Origin: Torpedo marmorata
Lineage: Eukaryota
NCBI GenBank assembly: GCA_977017645.1
Contig: OZ360232.1
Span: 28,458,001-28,522,000, forward strand
Direction: 5' to 3'
Length of the DNA: 64,000 nt
Positions 48,603-62,201 of this stretch are shown here, piece after piece. Under the pieces are notes generated by a model, which saw only the letters and a list, made by a program, of their open reading frames with translations, was not told the origin of the DNA and did not search any database. Every line of letters starts with the position of its first letter. Within the stretch, counting starts at the first letter, position 1. Made by a program: the position numbers and the translations under genes.

Positions 48603-51600
48603 TAGACAATAGAAAATAGAACAAATCAGCACAGTACAGGCCCTTCGGCCCTCGATGTTGTGCCAACCCATATATTCCTTCCTAAAAAAAGTACGAAACC
48701 CTCCCTACCTCGTAACCCTCTATTTTTCTTTCATCCATGTGTCTGTCTAAGAGTCTCTTTAATGCCCCCAATGTTTCAGCCTCCACCACCATCCCCGGCA
48801 AGGCATTCCAGGCACCCACAACTCTTTGTGTAAAAAACTTACTCCTGATGTCTCCCCTAAACTTCCCTCCCTTAACTTTGTACACATGTCCTCTGGTGTT
48901 TGCTGATCCTGACCTGGGAAACAGGTGCTGGCTGTCCACCCTATCTATGCTTTTCATAATCTTGTAGACCTCTATCAAGTCTCTTCTCATCCTTCTTCGC
49001 GCCAAAGAGAAAAGTCCCAGCTCTGCTAACCTTGCCTCATAAGACTTGTTTCCCAATCCAGACAACATCCTTTTAAATCTCCTCTGCACCCTCTCCATAG
49101 CTTCCACATCCTTCCTATAATGAGGTGACTAGAACTGAACATAATACTCTAAGTGTGGTCTCACCAGAGATTTGTAGAGTTGCAACATGACCTCTCTACT
49201 CCTGAATTCAATCCTCCTATTAATGAAGCCCAACATCCCATAGGCCTTCTTAACTATCCCATCAACCTGTGCGGTGACCTTGAGGGATGTATGGATTTGA
49301 ACCCAAGATCCCTCTGTTCATCCACACTCTTAAGTAACCGACCATTAACCCTGTACTCAGCCTTCTGGTTTGTCCTTCCAAAATGCATCACCTCACACTT
49401 ATCCGGATTGAAATCCATCTGCCAATTTTCTGCCCAACTCTGCATCCTATCTATATCCTCTTGTAACCGTCAACAACCTTCAGCTCCATCCACGACTCCT
49501 CCAACCTTCATGTCATCCGCAAATTTACTGACCCATCCTTCCGCCTCTTCATCCAGGTCATTTATCAAAATCACAAAGAGCAGGGGTCCCAGAACAGATC
49601 CTTGCGGCACTCCACTCGTCACCGACCTCCAGGCAGAATACTTTTCTTCCAATACTACTCTCTGCTTTCTTCCTACAAGCCAATTTTTTATACACACAGC
49701 CAAGGTTCCACTGATCCCGTGCCTTATGACTTTCTGGATGAGACTCTCGTGGGGGACCTTGTCAAATGCCTTGCTAACATTCATGCAGACCACATCTACC
49801 GCACTACCCTCATCAATTTTTTTTGTTTCCTCCTGAAAACTCAATTAGACTCGTGAGGCACGACCTTCCCTTCACAAAGCCAGGCTGACTATCCTTAAGT
49901 AGACTGTACTTCTCCAAATGCTCATAGATCCTATCCTTAAGAATCCTCTCCATTAGTTTGCCCACCACTGACGTAAGACTCACTGGTCTATAATTCCCAG
50001 GATTCTCCCTATTACCTTTTTTAAACAAGGGGACTACATTTGCCATTCTCCAATCCTCCGGCACATCCCCTGCAGCCAAAGAGGATTCAAAGTTCATAGC
50101 TACTGCCTCAGCTATCTCTTCTCTCACTTCCCACATCAGACTGAGGTATATTGCATCCGGCCCTGGGGACTTATCAATCTTGATGTTTTTAAGACGATCC
50201 AACACTTCCACTTCCTTAATCTCCACATTGTCCAGCCCACAAGCCTGTTCAATTTCGACCTCATTGTGATCAAGGTCCTTTTCTCTTGTGAATACTGACG
50301 CAAAGTATTCATTTATGACCTCCCCAACTTCTTCTCTCTCCAGTCATTTGTTGCCTTCTTTATCCTTTAGCAGCCCCACCTTCATTCTCGTCAACCTTCT
50401 GTTCTTCACATACGCATAGAATGCCTTGGGGTTTTCCTTAATTCTACATGCCAAGGCCTTCTCATGCCCCCTTCGAGCTCTCCTAAGTCCTTTCTTAAGC
50501 TCCTTCCTGGCTACCATATACTTCTCATGAGCCCTTCCTGTTTCCTGCTTTCTATATCTAATGTATGCTTCCTTCTTCCTCTTGACTAGTTGCCTGACCT
50601 GTTTCGTCAGCCACGGTTCCCTTTTCCTACCATCTTTTCCTTGTCCCAGTGGGACAAATCTATCTTGAACCCTGCACAAGTTGTCCTGAAACTTCCTCCA
50701 CATTACTTCTGTGGTTTCATCCTTAAACATCTGTTTCCAATTTACTCTCGCTAGTTCCTGCCTCATCCCTTCATAATTAGCCCTTCCCCAGTTAAGCACT
50801 TTCCCATTTTGACTGTTTTTATCCTTTTCCATAGCAATGTTGAAGCTAAGGGAGTTGTGGTCACTCTCACCAAAATGCTCCCCCACCGAGACGTTCACCA
50901 CCTGACCAGGTTGATTTTCCAGAACCAGATCCAGTATGGCCTCTCCTCTCGTCGGCCGGTCAACATATTGTGTCAGGAATCCTTCGTGAACACACCTGAC
51001 AAATTCAGGCCCATCTATCCCTCTTGCAGTCAGTAGGTACTAGTCAATATTGGGGAAGTTGAAATCACCCATAACTACAACCCTGTATTTCCCGCACCAT
51101 CCCAAAGTCTGTCTGCTTATCTTCTCCTCGGTATCCAGAGGGCTATTTGGGGGCCTATAGCTCCCTTCCTATTTTTGACTTCCACCCACACCGACTCAGT
51201 GCACACTCCCTCTGCAGCATCCTCCCTTTCTATAGCCGTTGTTTGTTCTTGTACGTGCTTAGTAACGAGACGAGTCGGCAGGTGATGTTAACCAAACAGT
51301 TTACTGAACATAGCCATTGAGGGAGAGAGAGAGAAATCCAGCAGGTGGGCGTCTGCTCTCTGCAAGTACTCGATTTAAACTAACCCGCCCTCACCGAGCT
51401 CACGCATGCGCAATGCGCTGTTGCGAGTACAGTGGCTGCAACACGATTGCAGCGGGTGCAGAGCAGCTGATGGGAGCGGCTGTCTACATCCACTTTCTTG
51501 AGCGGCCCCTTACATATTACAGTTCAAACCAATTTTAAACATTTGCAGACATTGATCAAACAGCCAACCCAGTTCAGTCCTGATATTTCGGGTTGGGTTT

Positions 51601-54057
51601 ACAGATGCGCCCAAAGCGTGTTCTGTAGTAGCCCTCTGTTGGCCCTAGCAGCGGTATAACGTCCACACGGACTCCGAAGAATGCTAGCATGTGTAGCCGT
51701 CCTTGTACATGTCACCGTAGCCGCACTGTGCCGCTGGTCTGGATTCTACTGCCCCCGTACGCCACCAGGCTCGTTGATCTGGCACATGGTTTAACTTGTT
51801 CCGCTTTTTTTAGTCGGTTAAACGTCTTCTGTGACATGACGTTGCGCTTCGCCCCTGTGTCTACCTTCACCTCCACCACCTTGCCGTTGATTTTCATGGC
51901 TACGAAGGCCTCGTTGTTTCCTCTGCTCCGGTTTTCTGCTGACACCATGTTTGTTCTTGTACATGCTGAGTATAGATGACACTTGCTTCTTCTTGTCTCC
52001 TAATTACAAAGTATCATCTTCTAGTTAAGTCTGGACCTTGTAGAAGTTGAGAATTCAATGAAACTCCTTGAAATGATGCTCCACAATCAAATACTATACG
52101 TATTTTTTTCTTTTGTGGATGTATAACTCCATGATGTGGTAAATACCATTTTTTACCATCTTTACTTTTCAAGATATCTTCTGATACCTTTTCTACATAA
52201 CCCTTGGCTATCATGTCTAACATGACATCTGCATATTCCAAATGAAAAGAAGAATTCCTCTTGAATTTTCTCTTTAAATTCAGCATACGCTGTTCTGCAA
52301 TTATTGTATTATCTGGCATACAATTTTCTCTTTTCTTCAAAGGTAATGCTATACAGTAATGACCATCAATATGTTTAACAGAATTTGAATACCGGTAAAT
52401 CCAGAAACTGCTTGTCCTCCTTTGAAGGTTCTTGAATATCTGTGAGACATTCAGGAAAATCAATTTTAAACTGTTGTTCCCACAGATCATTAAGTTTCAC
52501 AACTGAAATTCTGTTGACATTTACGTTCAACATCTTCTGATCATTATTCATTTTTCCTCCTAATGGTCCGTTAATTGTCCATCCAAGCAATGTTCTCACA
52601 GCATAAGGTCCATCGTTTTGACTCCTTATTACTTCTAGAGGTTCAAGAGCTTTTGGTACATTTAATCCAATTAACATTTCGATCTTGGCATCAGTCTTAG
52701 GTAAGAAAACATCTTTTAGATAAGCCCACTGTTTGATGTCATCCTGATATGGAATATTCTCTTTATTCACAGGCATAGTCTTCTGAGTATATGCACTTGG
52801 AAGATCGCAATATTTATTGCTATTTAATCCAGCAATCTCTAAACCTGAAACTATATTAGTTTCGATGTTTCTTTCATCATTCATTGTCTTCAATAAGATC
52901 TGTGATCTTTTTCCATTAAGATTAAGTTTGTTCATTAATTCAATAGTACAAAATGATGCAGTACTTCCTGGATCAAGAAATGCATAGGTCTTCTGTATGA
53001 AGTTACCTTTTTTAGCTTTAACTTGTACAGGAACTATTGAGAGGGCTTTGTCACTGGCCCCAGTAAGACTGTTTGTCTGAACCGAAGCTGAAGCGTACTC
53101 CTTAGTTGTTACATTAGTCTTAGATTCAGATTCCTTCTCAACTTTACTTTGTTGAGCATGCAGTAACTTGGGATGCTTTAAATTGCATATATCACAACTG
53201 AGTCGCTTATTACAAGTTTTGCTGATGTGACCTTTACACAAGCAGCCAAAACATATTCCATTCTTCTTTAAAAAAGTTAATTTCTCGTCATGCGACTTTT
53301 TCTCCAATCGTGAACATTTTTCTCAAGCATGCATATCTTTGCAATACAAACATCTTTTCTGAACAGACTGATCTTCCATTTCCTTTGTTTCTTTGTTCTT
53401 TTCTGTGCTTGTATCTAACGCAGCTGTAACAAAGGTACTACCCTTTGGCTTCTGTTGAAACAATGATTTAGACTTCTTTACATCTTTAGGAACTGTTGAA
53501 GTATCCATAATATTTCCAAATACTGGTATTGTGTTAACTTCCACATGCCATTCCAAAAATTGTACAACGTCTTCAAAAGTGGCGTCCCTTCCTTCATGCA
53601 TATTAAACTCTGTAGCTTTGGTTCTCCATAAATCCTTCAGCTTATACGGCAATTTATTTATTATAATCGATAAATTGGCAAGCAAATTCAACTCTTGCAA
53701 AGGTATACTATTTTCCATTGCGTTACAACATCCTCTCAGAAAGAGTGCATATGCTTGTAAAGCTTTTGTGTCTTCTGATTTTATTGCCGACCAAGATAGA
53801 ATCTGGTCTATGTGGGCCCTTGCAATTTTATGTTCATTGCCATAATGATGTTGCAATAATTCTTTTGCTCTTTTAAACACTTGTTCTGGATTCATATATT
53901 GGCAACTTTTGACTAACTCCTTCGGCTGTCCTCCAGTATACTGTTCCAAGTAATAAAGACAATCTTTAGCATTTTTAGTATTACTTTCAATGTGATGTTC
54001 AAAAGATTTCATGAACGTCATATATTGTAATGGATCTCCATTAAAAACTGAAATTTC

Positions 54058-55845
54058 AATAGTATTCAATGAATGGCCCCCAGATCTTTAAAAATTGAAA
54101 CTTTCTATCTTTAATATTATATCTAATTTTCTCCAAACTCAGAAAGGACATTACATCTAGTAACCACTGTCTATGTGTCAGTGATAACTCCTTTCCATTT
54201 CAATAAAATTGCCCATCTGGCAATCAACGTGGAAAAAGCTAAAACTATTTCCTGTGATGCAGACAAAGGTATGCTAAGTTCACGTGAAAAACCAAACAGA
54301 GCAATTATAGGACATGGTTCAATATTAATCTTAAAAATCAATGATAAAGATTTAAAAATATCCTTCCAAAATCTCTCCAAATTGGGGCATTCCCAAAACA
54401 TATGTATCAGTGAAGCTTCAAAAATTCTACATCTCTCACACAATGGATCTATGTCAGAGTAAAAACGTGATAGTTTAAGTTTAGACATATGAATTCTATG
54501 CACAACTTTAAATTGTAGTAAACAGTGTCTAGCACAAAAAGATGAGGCGTTAATAAGATCAAGAGCATTGTACCAATCTTCATCTGAAAATGTAACATTC
54601 AAATCACGTTCCCATTCATTCTTGATCCCCGTCATAGAAGCTACTCTGATTTCCAATAAATAATTATATATACATGATGTTAATCCACATTGAAAAAAGA
54701 ACCGTATATTAAAAAGTAAATTGAGAAAATTAGAACTTAAAATTCGAGGAAAATCTGAAATCTTAGACTGAACAAAATGTCTAATTTGTAAGTATCTAAA
54801 AAAAATGTCTGTTAGTAAGATTAAATTTATTGACCAAATGTTCGAAAGTGGCAAAACTATCTCGAATAAAAAGATCATTAAAACTATGAATTCCCAATCC
54901 ATATCATTCCCTAAATCCTACATCCATCACAGATGGCTGGAAAAGGTGATTATCTATAATAGGACTAGCCAGAGAAAAGCTATTAAATCCAAAAAAATTT
55001 CTAAACTGTGCCCATATTCTCAACCTATATCTCAATACTGGATTATGAGTTATTTTAACAAATGAAAATGGTAAAAAGGATCCTAAAATTGCTAACATAG
55101 ATGTTTTTTTTGAAAACTTCAATTCCATTTCCACCCAGGATGGACGATTCTGCAACTTATCAAAATGCAATAACAAAAGCAAATTACGAATATTAATCGC
55201 CCAATAATAAAATCTAAAATCTGGAAGTGATAATCCTCCATTCCTTTTAATTTTTTGAAGATGGGATTTATGTATACATGGATGTTTTCCCTGCCATATA
55301 TATGAAGAAAGAATTGAATCCAATGAAATAAAAAAGGTTTTAGGAATAAAAATTGGTAAAGATTGGAAAAGATATAAAAATTTAGGCAAAATATTCATTT
55401 CAATTGAATTAATACGGCCCATCATTGTAATTGATAAGGGTGACCAACCCGTTAATTGTAATTTAACCTTATTAACTAATACCCAAAAATTTTCTATCCC
55501 GGGGACTCTCTGTCCAATGCTTGGAGGTTGCTACAGGATCCATATCCTTTTTTACAATATCTCTATTACTTAGAGGGAGGGGTTAGAATAGATTAGTTAT
55601 TAGTGTTTGTTTGTTTTTTGTCTTTTTTTTCTTTCTTGTTATTTTATTTTCAAGTGTTTTTTTAAATAATTATAAGGAACTAGAGTTTTAACCTATATTA
55701 AGAATTTAGTTACGACAATTTACTTCGTTTTTTTTTTATATACATGTATGAATACCAGCTGATTTTTTGAATGTTTTTCTTAATCTTGTTACTTTGTATA
55801 CATGTTTATTGTTGAAACTCAATAAAAATATTTTAAAAAGCTAAG
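54058..55845 (+). mobile_element. L1 with 5' inversion (ORF2 end inverted 54058-55495; sense 3' UTR and tail)
   Basis: 15-bp TSD AAAAACTGAAATTTC (54043-54057, 55846-55860); AATAAA at 55821. Confidence 0.9.
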
Positions 55846-55929
55846 AAAAACTGAAATTTCCTTCTTAGGTAAACCTTGCTGCTGCGCTAACATTGCAGAG
55901 ATTTCATTTTGTCTTGCTATAAGCGATAT

Positions 55930-56483
55930 TATATAGGACGATGGTCAGACCTATATTGGAGTATTGTGCACAGTTCTGGTTGCCTCACTACAGGAAGGAT
56001 GTGGAGGCATTAGAAAGGGTGCAGAGGAGATTTACTAGGATGTTGCCTGGTTTAGGGAGCATGCCCTATGAAAACAGGTTGAGGGAACTTGGCCTTTTCT
56101 CCTTGGAATGAAGGAGGATGAGAGGGGACATGATTGAGGTGTTTAAGATGATAAGGGGCTTTGATCGTGTAGACAGTCAGAGTCTTTTTCCCAGGGCCAA
56201 AATGGTTGCTACAAGGGGACACAGGTTTAAAGTGTTGGGAAGAAGGTATAGAGGAAATGTCAAAGGTACGTTTTTTACGCAGAGAGTGGTGGGTGCGTGG
56301 AATGAGTTGCCGGCAACGGTGGTGGAGGCGGATTCTATAGGGACTTTTAAGAGACTTTTTGATAGGTACATGGAGCTCTGAAATATAGAGGGATATAAGT
56401 AAGTCTATCAATTCCTAGAGTAGTGACATGTTTGGCACAACTTTGTTGGCCGAAGGGCCTGCATTGTGCTGTCGGTTTTCTAT
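55930..56483 (+). mobile_element. CR1 3' fragment inserted in BEL gag
   Basis: MRGDMIEVFK..FTQRVVGAWNELP motif and CR1 tail. Confidence 0.88.
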
Positions 56484-59163
56484 GATTGTCCTTCCTGGCT
56501 TATGAATGGTTGTCTTAAGCTTAACGGAGAAAACGGATCTTGAACTGGTTCCATCGGTATAGGACCTTGGTAACTAAGTGATGGAATTGATGGGAATCCT
56601 TGGGTTGTGGCTGATTGCATTGTTGGGAATCCTTGGGTTGCGAGTGATTGCATTGGTGGGAATCCTTGGGAATGATCAACTCGCATGGTTGTATCCTTTT
56701 GAAATACCCTCCTTTCGGGAAGATTAATATATTGCGTGCTCTGGAGAGATTGAATGTCGCTAGTTCTTTCCATAGGATTGGCTATTATCTTTTGAGCACT
56801 TGCAGCGACACCTGTAGCTCCTTGCCCAAGTATTTTCTTTTCTTTTGGCTCTGCTGAAATAATAGGTGCTTGCCCTTTGAGTATATCACTTTGAGTAACA
56901 CATCTTGCAGAAGCCTGAGCTAATGCTTTCACTTTAGCCTGGTTCATAGCTTTTTGTTCCTCTAGCTTTAGTCTTTTCTCTTCTCAATAATCTCATTTGT
57001 TCTTCTCTAGCCAATTGTAACTTCAGTTGCTGATTCTTAATTTCAGCTTCTTGCCTCAGTTGCTGATTCTTGATTTCAGCTTGCCTGACCTCTATATCAT
57101 ATCTTTTCTCCAACCACTGTTGTCATTCACAGACAATTGCCAATTCTGCTTGCGCCTTAGCATGCATAGCTGATATGCTTGAAGCACGCGAAGCTGAATT
57201 TGTGGCTCTAGATGTCTTTGAAGACTTTGAAGATCTGGCTGCACTTATAACCTGGGAAATATTATCATCAGGATTCACCTCTGAACTTTCAGATACTGCT
57301 GATTGAGTCTTAATCCTCTGCAGTTCGCTTGCTGAAGCACCAATGGGACTTTGCAACATAAATTCTTCAGTTCTAGTTCCACTTATCTTTAAGCCGGTTA
57401 CTGCCATTAGCAGTGTCTTGACATCGTCTTCTTCTTGCTTGCTAGTTGATGCCATTTCCTCCTTGTGTACTGGCTCCAACCTCCTATCAAGTGTTATCAG
57501 TCCACCTGGTTGGCTTGGCTCACAATCAAACAGTTCTTTGAGAGGATCTGTTTGCTCGAGGTCCTTAGCCTGTGGCTTCTTCTTATCCATCTTGGGTTCT
57601 TCACACTGCAACCTGGCTTCTGGCTTCTCCTGGTCTCTGCTGGAACTGTAAACAAATTTTATATCTTACTTGGTCCCTTTAAGAGAATCGCATCTTGGTT
57701 TCTGTAGTTTTGCAAACAAGCTTTCTGTATCAATAGTTTACAAAAATATCTTCTGGGCTTCCTGCCAATTCTGTTACCAAAGCTCTGGCTTATCTTTTTC
57801 AAGGACACTGGCTGTCTGGCCAGTCTTTGGCATAATTTCAAACTGCGCGATTCATTTAAACATATTTTACTAACTTTTCTTCTGAACAAATCACAATTGA
57901 ATATTTTCTTTGAATCAAAATATAGACGACACTTGCTTCTTCTTGTCTCCTAATTTCAAAGTATCATTTTCCAATGCATGAGCTATGATATTCCGAATTA
58001 TTAACCCTTTAATCCAATAAATTCAATTTCTTTGTATCTACTTTTGTCGTTTTAATTCGTTGATTAAGCGTATAAACATTTTACATAGTTTTGAAATAAA
58101 ACTTCCATATAGTTGAATAATAAAGCATTTACGGTATTTAAGAGATACAAAAACATTTAAAGAGATGGAAAAATTCAAAGAAAATATGTCTCATGCTCAC
58201 ACATCCTCCACATCTCCTCAAATGATAGCAAAAGGCTCTCACCTGGGCGGATATTACAACATATTACATCATAATCACTATAGTAAAACTACAAACAATA
58301 GTTCCCTTAAAGAGACAGGCATATAATTAACTAAGAGTCAAAACACTAGTTTTAATCTTTACACTGAGTAACGAGACGAGTCGGCAGGTGATGTTAACCT
58401 CACAGTTTACTGAACATAGCCATTGAGGGAGAGAGAGAGAGAGCCCAGCAGGCGAGCGTCTGCTCTCTGCAAGTACTCGATTTAAACTAACCCGCCCTCA
58501 CCGAGCTCACGCATGCGCAATGCGCTGTTGCGAGTACGGTGGCTGCAACGCGATTGCAGCGGGTGCAGAGCAGCCGATGGGAGCAGCTGTCTACAGCCGT
58601 GATACTATCCCTGACCAGTAATGCTACTCCCCCCCCCCCTTTTCTCTTTTCTACCTCCCATCCTATTATTTTTAAAGCACCTAAACCCCGGTACCTGCAT
58701 CAGCCAATCTTGCCCTTCCTCCAGCCAATTTTCAATAACGGCCACAACATTGTAGTTCCACGTACTGATCCATGCTCTAAGTTCATCCCCTTTATTCCCA
58801 ATACTCCTAGCATTGAAATAGACACATTTCAATCCTTCTAACTGGCTACCTTTATGTTTTGTCCCCTGCCTGTCCTTCCTCACCAACTCAGAGCACATAA
58901 CATCATGCTTTTGAGGAATTGAAAGAGCGACACATTCCTCTCAGGAACAAAGGCAAGAATGCATAGGATCAGGAACTTTGGATAATGAGAGATGTTAGTA
59001 TTTCATGCATTATTTAAACCCAAGAGTTTGCTTCATAGAGGGTGAGACCACTCAAGGACAAAGGCAAGATACTAAATGAGCACTTTACATCACTCGTCCC
59101 AAAAAGGACATGGAGGATAGTGAGATCAGGGAGGCGTATGCTGATATTTTGGGGCATATTCTT

Positions 59164-59410
59164 GGGTGGCACGGTTAGCATAGCTGTTAGTCCAATACTC
59201 TAACAGTGCAAGCGTCCCAGGTTTGAATCTGGCGCTGCCTGCAAGGAGTTTGTACGTTCTCCCTGTGACCACGTGGATTTCCTTGGGGTGCTCCGATTTC
59301 CTCCCATGTTCCAAAAATATACAGGTTACTCGGTTAATTGGTCCAAAAAGTGTAATTAGGCAGAGCGGGCTCATGGACCAGAAGGGCCTGTGACCGCGTT
59401 GCATCTCAAA
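59164..59410 (+). mobile_element. tRNA-derived SINE (HE1/V-SINE-like)
   Basis: Same head and core as 43077. Confidence 0.8.
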
Positions 59411-59475
59411 CTAAAAAAAATATTAAATGTTGACATCAAGGAGGAGGAGATGTTGAGTCTGTTGAAGAATATATA

Positions 59476-60614
59476 CAGGCAAACCCCGTTTTATACAATT
59501 AATTCGTCCCAATTTTTACTCGCGTAAGACGAATTCGCGTTAAGCGATTAATAGAATCAATGGCAATAATTACAATGAATCCCTGTCCTTTCAGATCGTT
59601 CATCAAGACTTGTAAAAATGTGTTTTAAAAACAACTTTTAGCTGCACATAATGCCAAAACTGTTAAGGTTAATAAAAATAATTATGATATTTTTCATTTA
59701 TTTCATAATTACATCATAACTAAACTATTTCTTAGAAAAATATTTGTCCAAAGTTGACTGCACAGATTTTGATTTTTTTTTTCTCATTATACAATTTCCT
59801 ATAGCCAGCGATCGCTTTTTCTAAATTGCTGCGGACTTCCATGCTTCTTTCCATGTTAGGATCGACATTTAGATAAAAATCCTTGGTGGCTTCAACAAGT
59901 TCAAATACTTTTTGAAAAATTTCTGGAAATTTTGCAGCAGCATTTTTATCAGCGCCAGCAGCTGCCCCGTTAATTCTTACGTTGTGTAATCCTGTTCGAC
60001 GTTTAAAGCGGTCAAACTACCCTAAACTTGCAGAAAAAGTTTCCGTATCCCCTTGAAATTTATTTTCTTTAAGCATCGAAAAGATGTTCAAAGCTTTGGT
60101 TTGAATGTTTTTTGTACAAAGTGGTATTCGCTTTTGGTTACAATCTTCAATCCAAAGATGAAGTAGCCGTTCCATTTCAATCATTAATGGACTTCTGTTT
60201 CGAGTAATTTGCATGCTGAGAGAAACTGAAGCAACTTTACCTTGTTCTTTATATTCGCGCTTCTTACTTAAAATTGTGCGTACCGTTGACTCATTGTAGC
60301 CCAGATCGTGTCCGATTTTTACATTGCTGGCACCGTCTTCGTGTTGTTTAATAACTTCAAGTTTTTCTTCTCAAGTAATTGCTTTTCTTTTCCTTTTAAT
60401 ATCACTGTCAGATTCTTTTCCACATTTTCTTTTGTCCATATTTAATAGGGGGCACACACTGACTCTGACTGTCATTTGCACATATTTTATTTAGGGCCGT
60501 TCACACGATCTACTTGTAACTTGAGTTTTCCAGAAATTTCCAGAAAGATCTCGGGAAAGGTTGACTATTTTTTCCTCCCACTGATGCCGCTGAATCTGGA
60601 AAATGGTGTTTTTG
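59476..60614 (-). mobile_element. Tigger/pogo DNA transposon, internally deleted transposase (CENP-B-type HTH retained)
   Basis: TA|CAGGCAAACCCCG end; minus-strand ATG at 60439 leading to KRKRKAIT..EEKLEVI..ESTVRTIL..MERLLHLWIED..FKRR; DDE core missing; right end uncertain. Confidence 0.85.
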
Positions 60615-61167
60615 ATTCTGATGGGACCTATCCCAGGATATTGAGAGAGGCAAGAGAGGAGATTGCTGGGGCATTGAAAGAATCGATGCATCCCCTTAAG
60701 TCATAGGCGAGGTCCCAGAGGTCTGAAGATTAGACAACGCTGTTTCTTTTTTTAAGAAGAGGAATATGGTCAAAGCAGGAAATTATAGGTCAGTTATATT
60801 AACGGTGACGCTTACTGCTACGCTAACCGTGTTTAATCCAGACAAGTATAAGGTTGTACTTTTGTAGGTTAAATGTAAGCGAAAAGTATACAGTGAATGG
60901 CAGGACCCTGAGGTCCATCGATGCAGAGATGGATTTTTGGGGTGCGAGACGTGCATCCATTGCTCTCTGAAAGTGGCCACACAAGTGAATAGGGTGTAAA
61001 GAAGGCACATTGCATGCTTCATCGATTAGAGCATTGAGTAAAGGTCAAAAGTCTTATTTCAGCTGCATAAAACTTTGGTTAGGTCACGTTTGGAGTATTA
61101 TGTGCAAATTTGGTTGCCACATGACAAGAAGGATGTAGAAACTTGAGAGAGGATGCAGAAAAGGTTC
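60615..61167 (+). mobile_element. Old, internally deleted CR1 fragment (upstream pieces at about 59060-59160 and 59425-59475)
   Basis: YPRILREAREEIAGAL, GNYRSV and LVRSRLEYYVQIW motifs. Confidence 0.7.
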
Positions 61168-61698
61168 ACCTGCAGCCTGGACCCACAGGATGGTGACCAC
61201 TGCGGTGGACCAGTGAGGGGCTCTGAGGCTGAAGAACATACAGGCGGCTTTCTGTTGGTGACTCGAGGCGGGGAACGCTCGTAGGCTGTGGGCGGCTGGC
61301 GACTGTGGTCAAGAGATGCACAACAGGCTGCGGACTGCTGGAGCCTTGCTCGAGACAGGCTGAAGGGGTACGAGGTGTCGGAACCGAGATGCGAGAGGGT
61401 GCCGAAGGTGCTGGAGGCTTCCTGATCATGTCAGAGGCTTGCATCTGGAGCTCGGTTTGCTGATGGTTTGGACTGAATGCTGTGTGGCTGTGGAGGCTGC
61501 GGGAGCACTGTTGGCTAAGCCATGGACACTCAGTGACTCTGGGGAGACTCTCTTTTGCTTCTCTTTCTCTGACTCTAAGGGGCCTGGGCAATTTCTGCTG
61601 ATAGCGAATCTTTGTCTGTCTTACGGTAGACTAAAGAAAATTTTGTGTAATATCTAATTTTCTGTTTTATTACATGACAATAAAATAATCTTGAATCT
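61168..61698 (+). mobile_element. Second copy of the GC-rich retroposon (5'-truncated)
   Basis: Collinear with 45975-46484. Confidence 0.7.
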
Positions 61699-61918
61699 AG
61701 TTATAAGGAAAGATTGAACACACCTGGAATCAATTCCTTGGATCATCAGAAGCTATTAGAAGTATATAAAGTGATGAGAGGATTAAATACTGTACTATAT
61801 TTTAATGAGGGAACAACCTTGGTAGATTTTCTCAATCTTCCTGGTCCTTTTGCTTTGATAAAGCTCAGAGGGAAATGCTTGCTTCAAGAATCTGTTACTG
61901 ACATGAAGATACTGTATA

Positions 61919-62121
61919 CTGTAAAACCCCCAGGATCTGGTACCTATGGGGATTGGTAGTTGCCGGATAAGTGAATTTGCCGGTTGCCTGAGATTGTGTG
62001 TTGCATGACTGGCGAATTAACAGCGAGGCATGCCAATTTTAAACTTCCATCTTTTTCACCTATTTATTTTCCACAATTGTTTTCCCGGTTACTTGAATTC
62101 CGGATAATGGGGATTTCATTG
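61919..62121. mobile_element. Tc1/pogo-type MITE
   Basis: TA on both flanks; imperfect TIRs CTGTAAAACCCC / GGGGATTTCATTG. Confidence 0.7.
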
Positions 62122-62201
62122 TAATGACCTGTCCATCAGAGCTGGCTGAGAGAGACCAGAGTTTCAATGCAGGGGATCCTTGGCTGAGAGAGCATATGGA
62201 C

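Larger units (their letters stand above)
51971..58363 (-). mobile_element. BEL/Pao LTR retrotransposon, gag-pro plus start of pol, 3'-deleted
   Basis: FNGDPLQY..F gag, CFGCL..GH...C knuckles, AFLDPGS protease, WYLPHHGV..KIRIVFDC..SLNSQLLQGPDL; 5' LTR about 57921-58363; TSD CTGAG. Confidence 0.92.
51240..58595 (-). mobile_element. TRIM-like miniature Gypsy 'C' (LTRs ~250 bp, ~460-bp interior)
   Basis: 3' LTR 51240-51488; PPT AAGAAAGTGGA; protease remnant VKVDTGAK; PBS TGGTGTCAG 51939-51947; 5' LTR split into 51948-51970 and 58364-58595; TSD GCCGT. Confidence 0.88.
48603..58912 (-). mobile_element. CR1 LINE (pieces 48603-51239 and 58596-58912) split by an LTR-element stack
   Basis: Same family as 8642-11645; sequence is contiguous across the GCCGT TSD. 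Confidence 0.92.
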
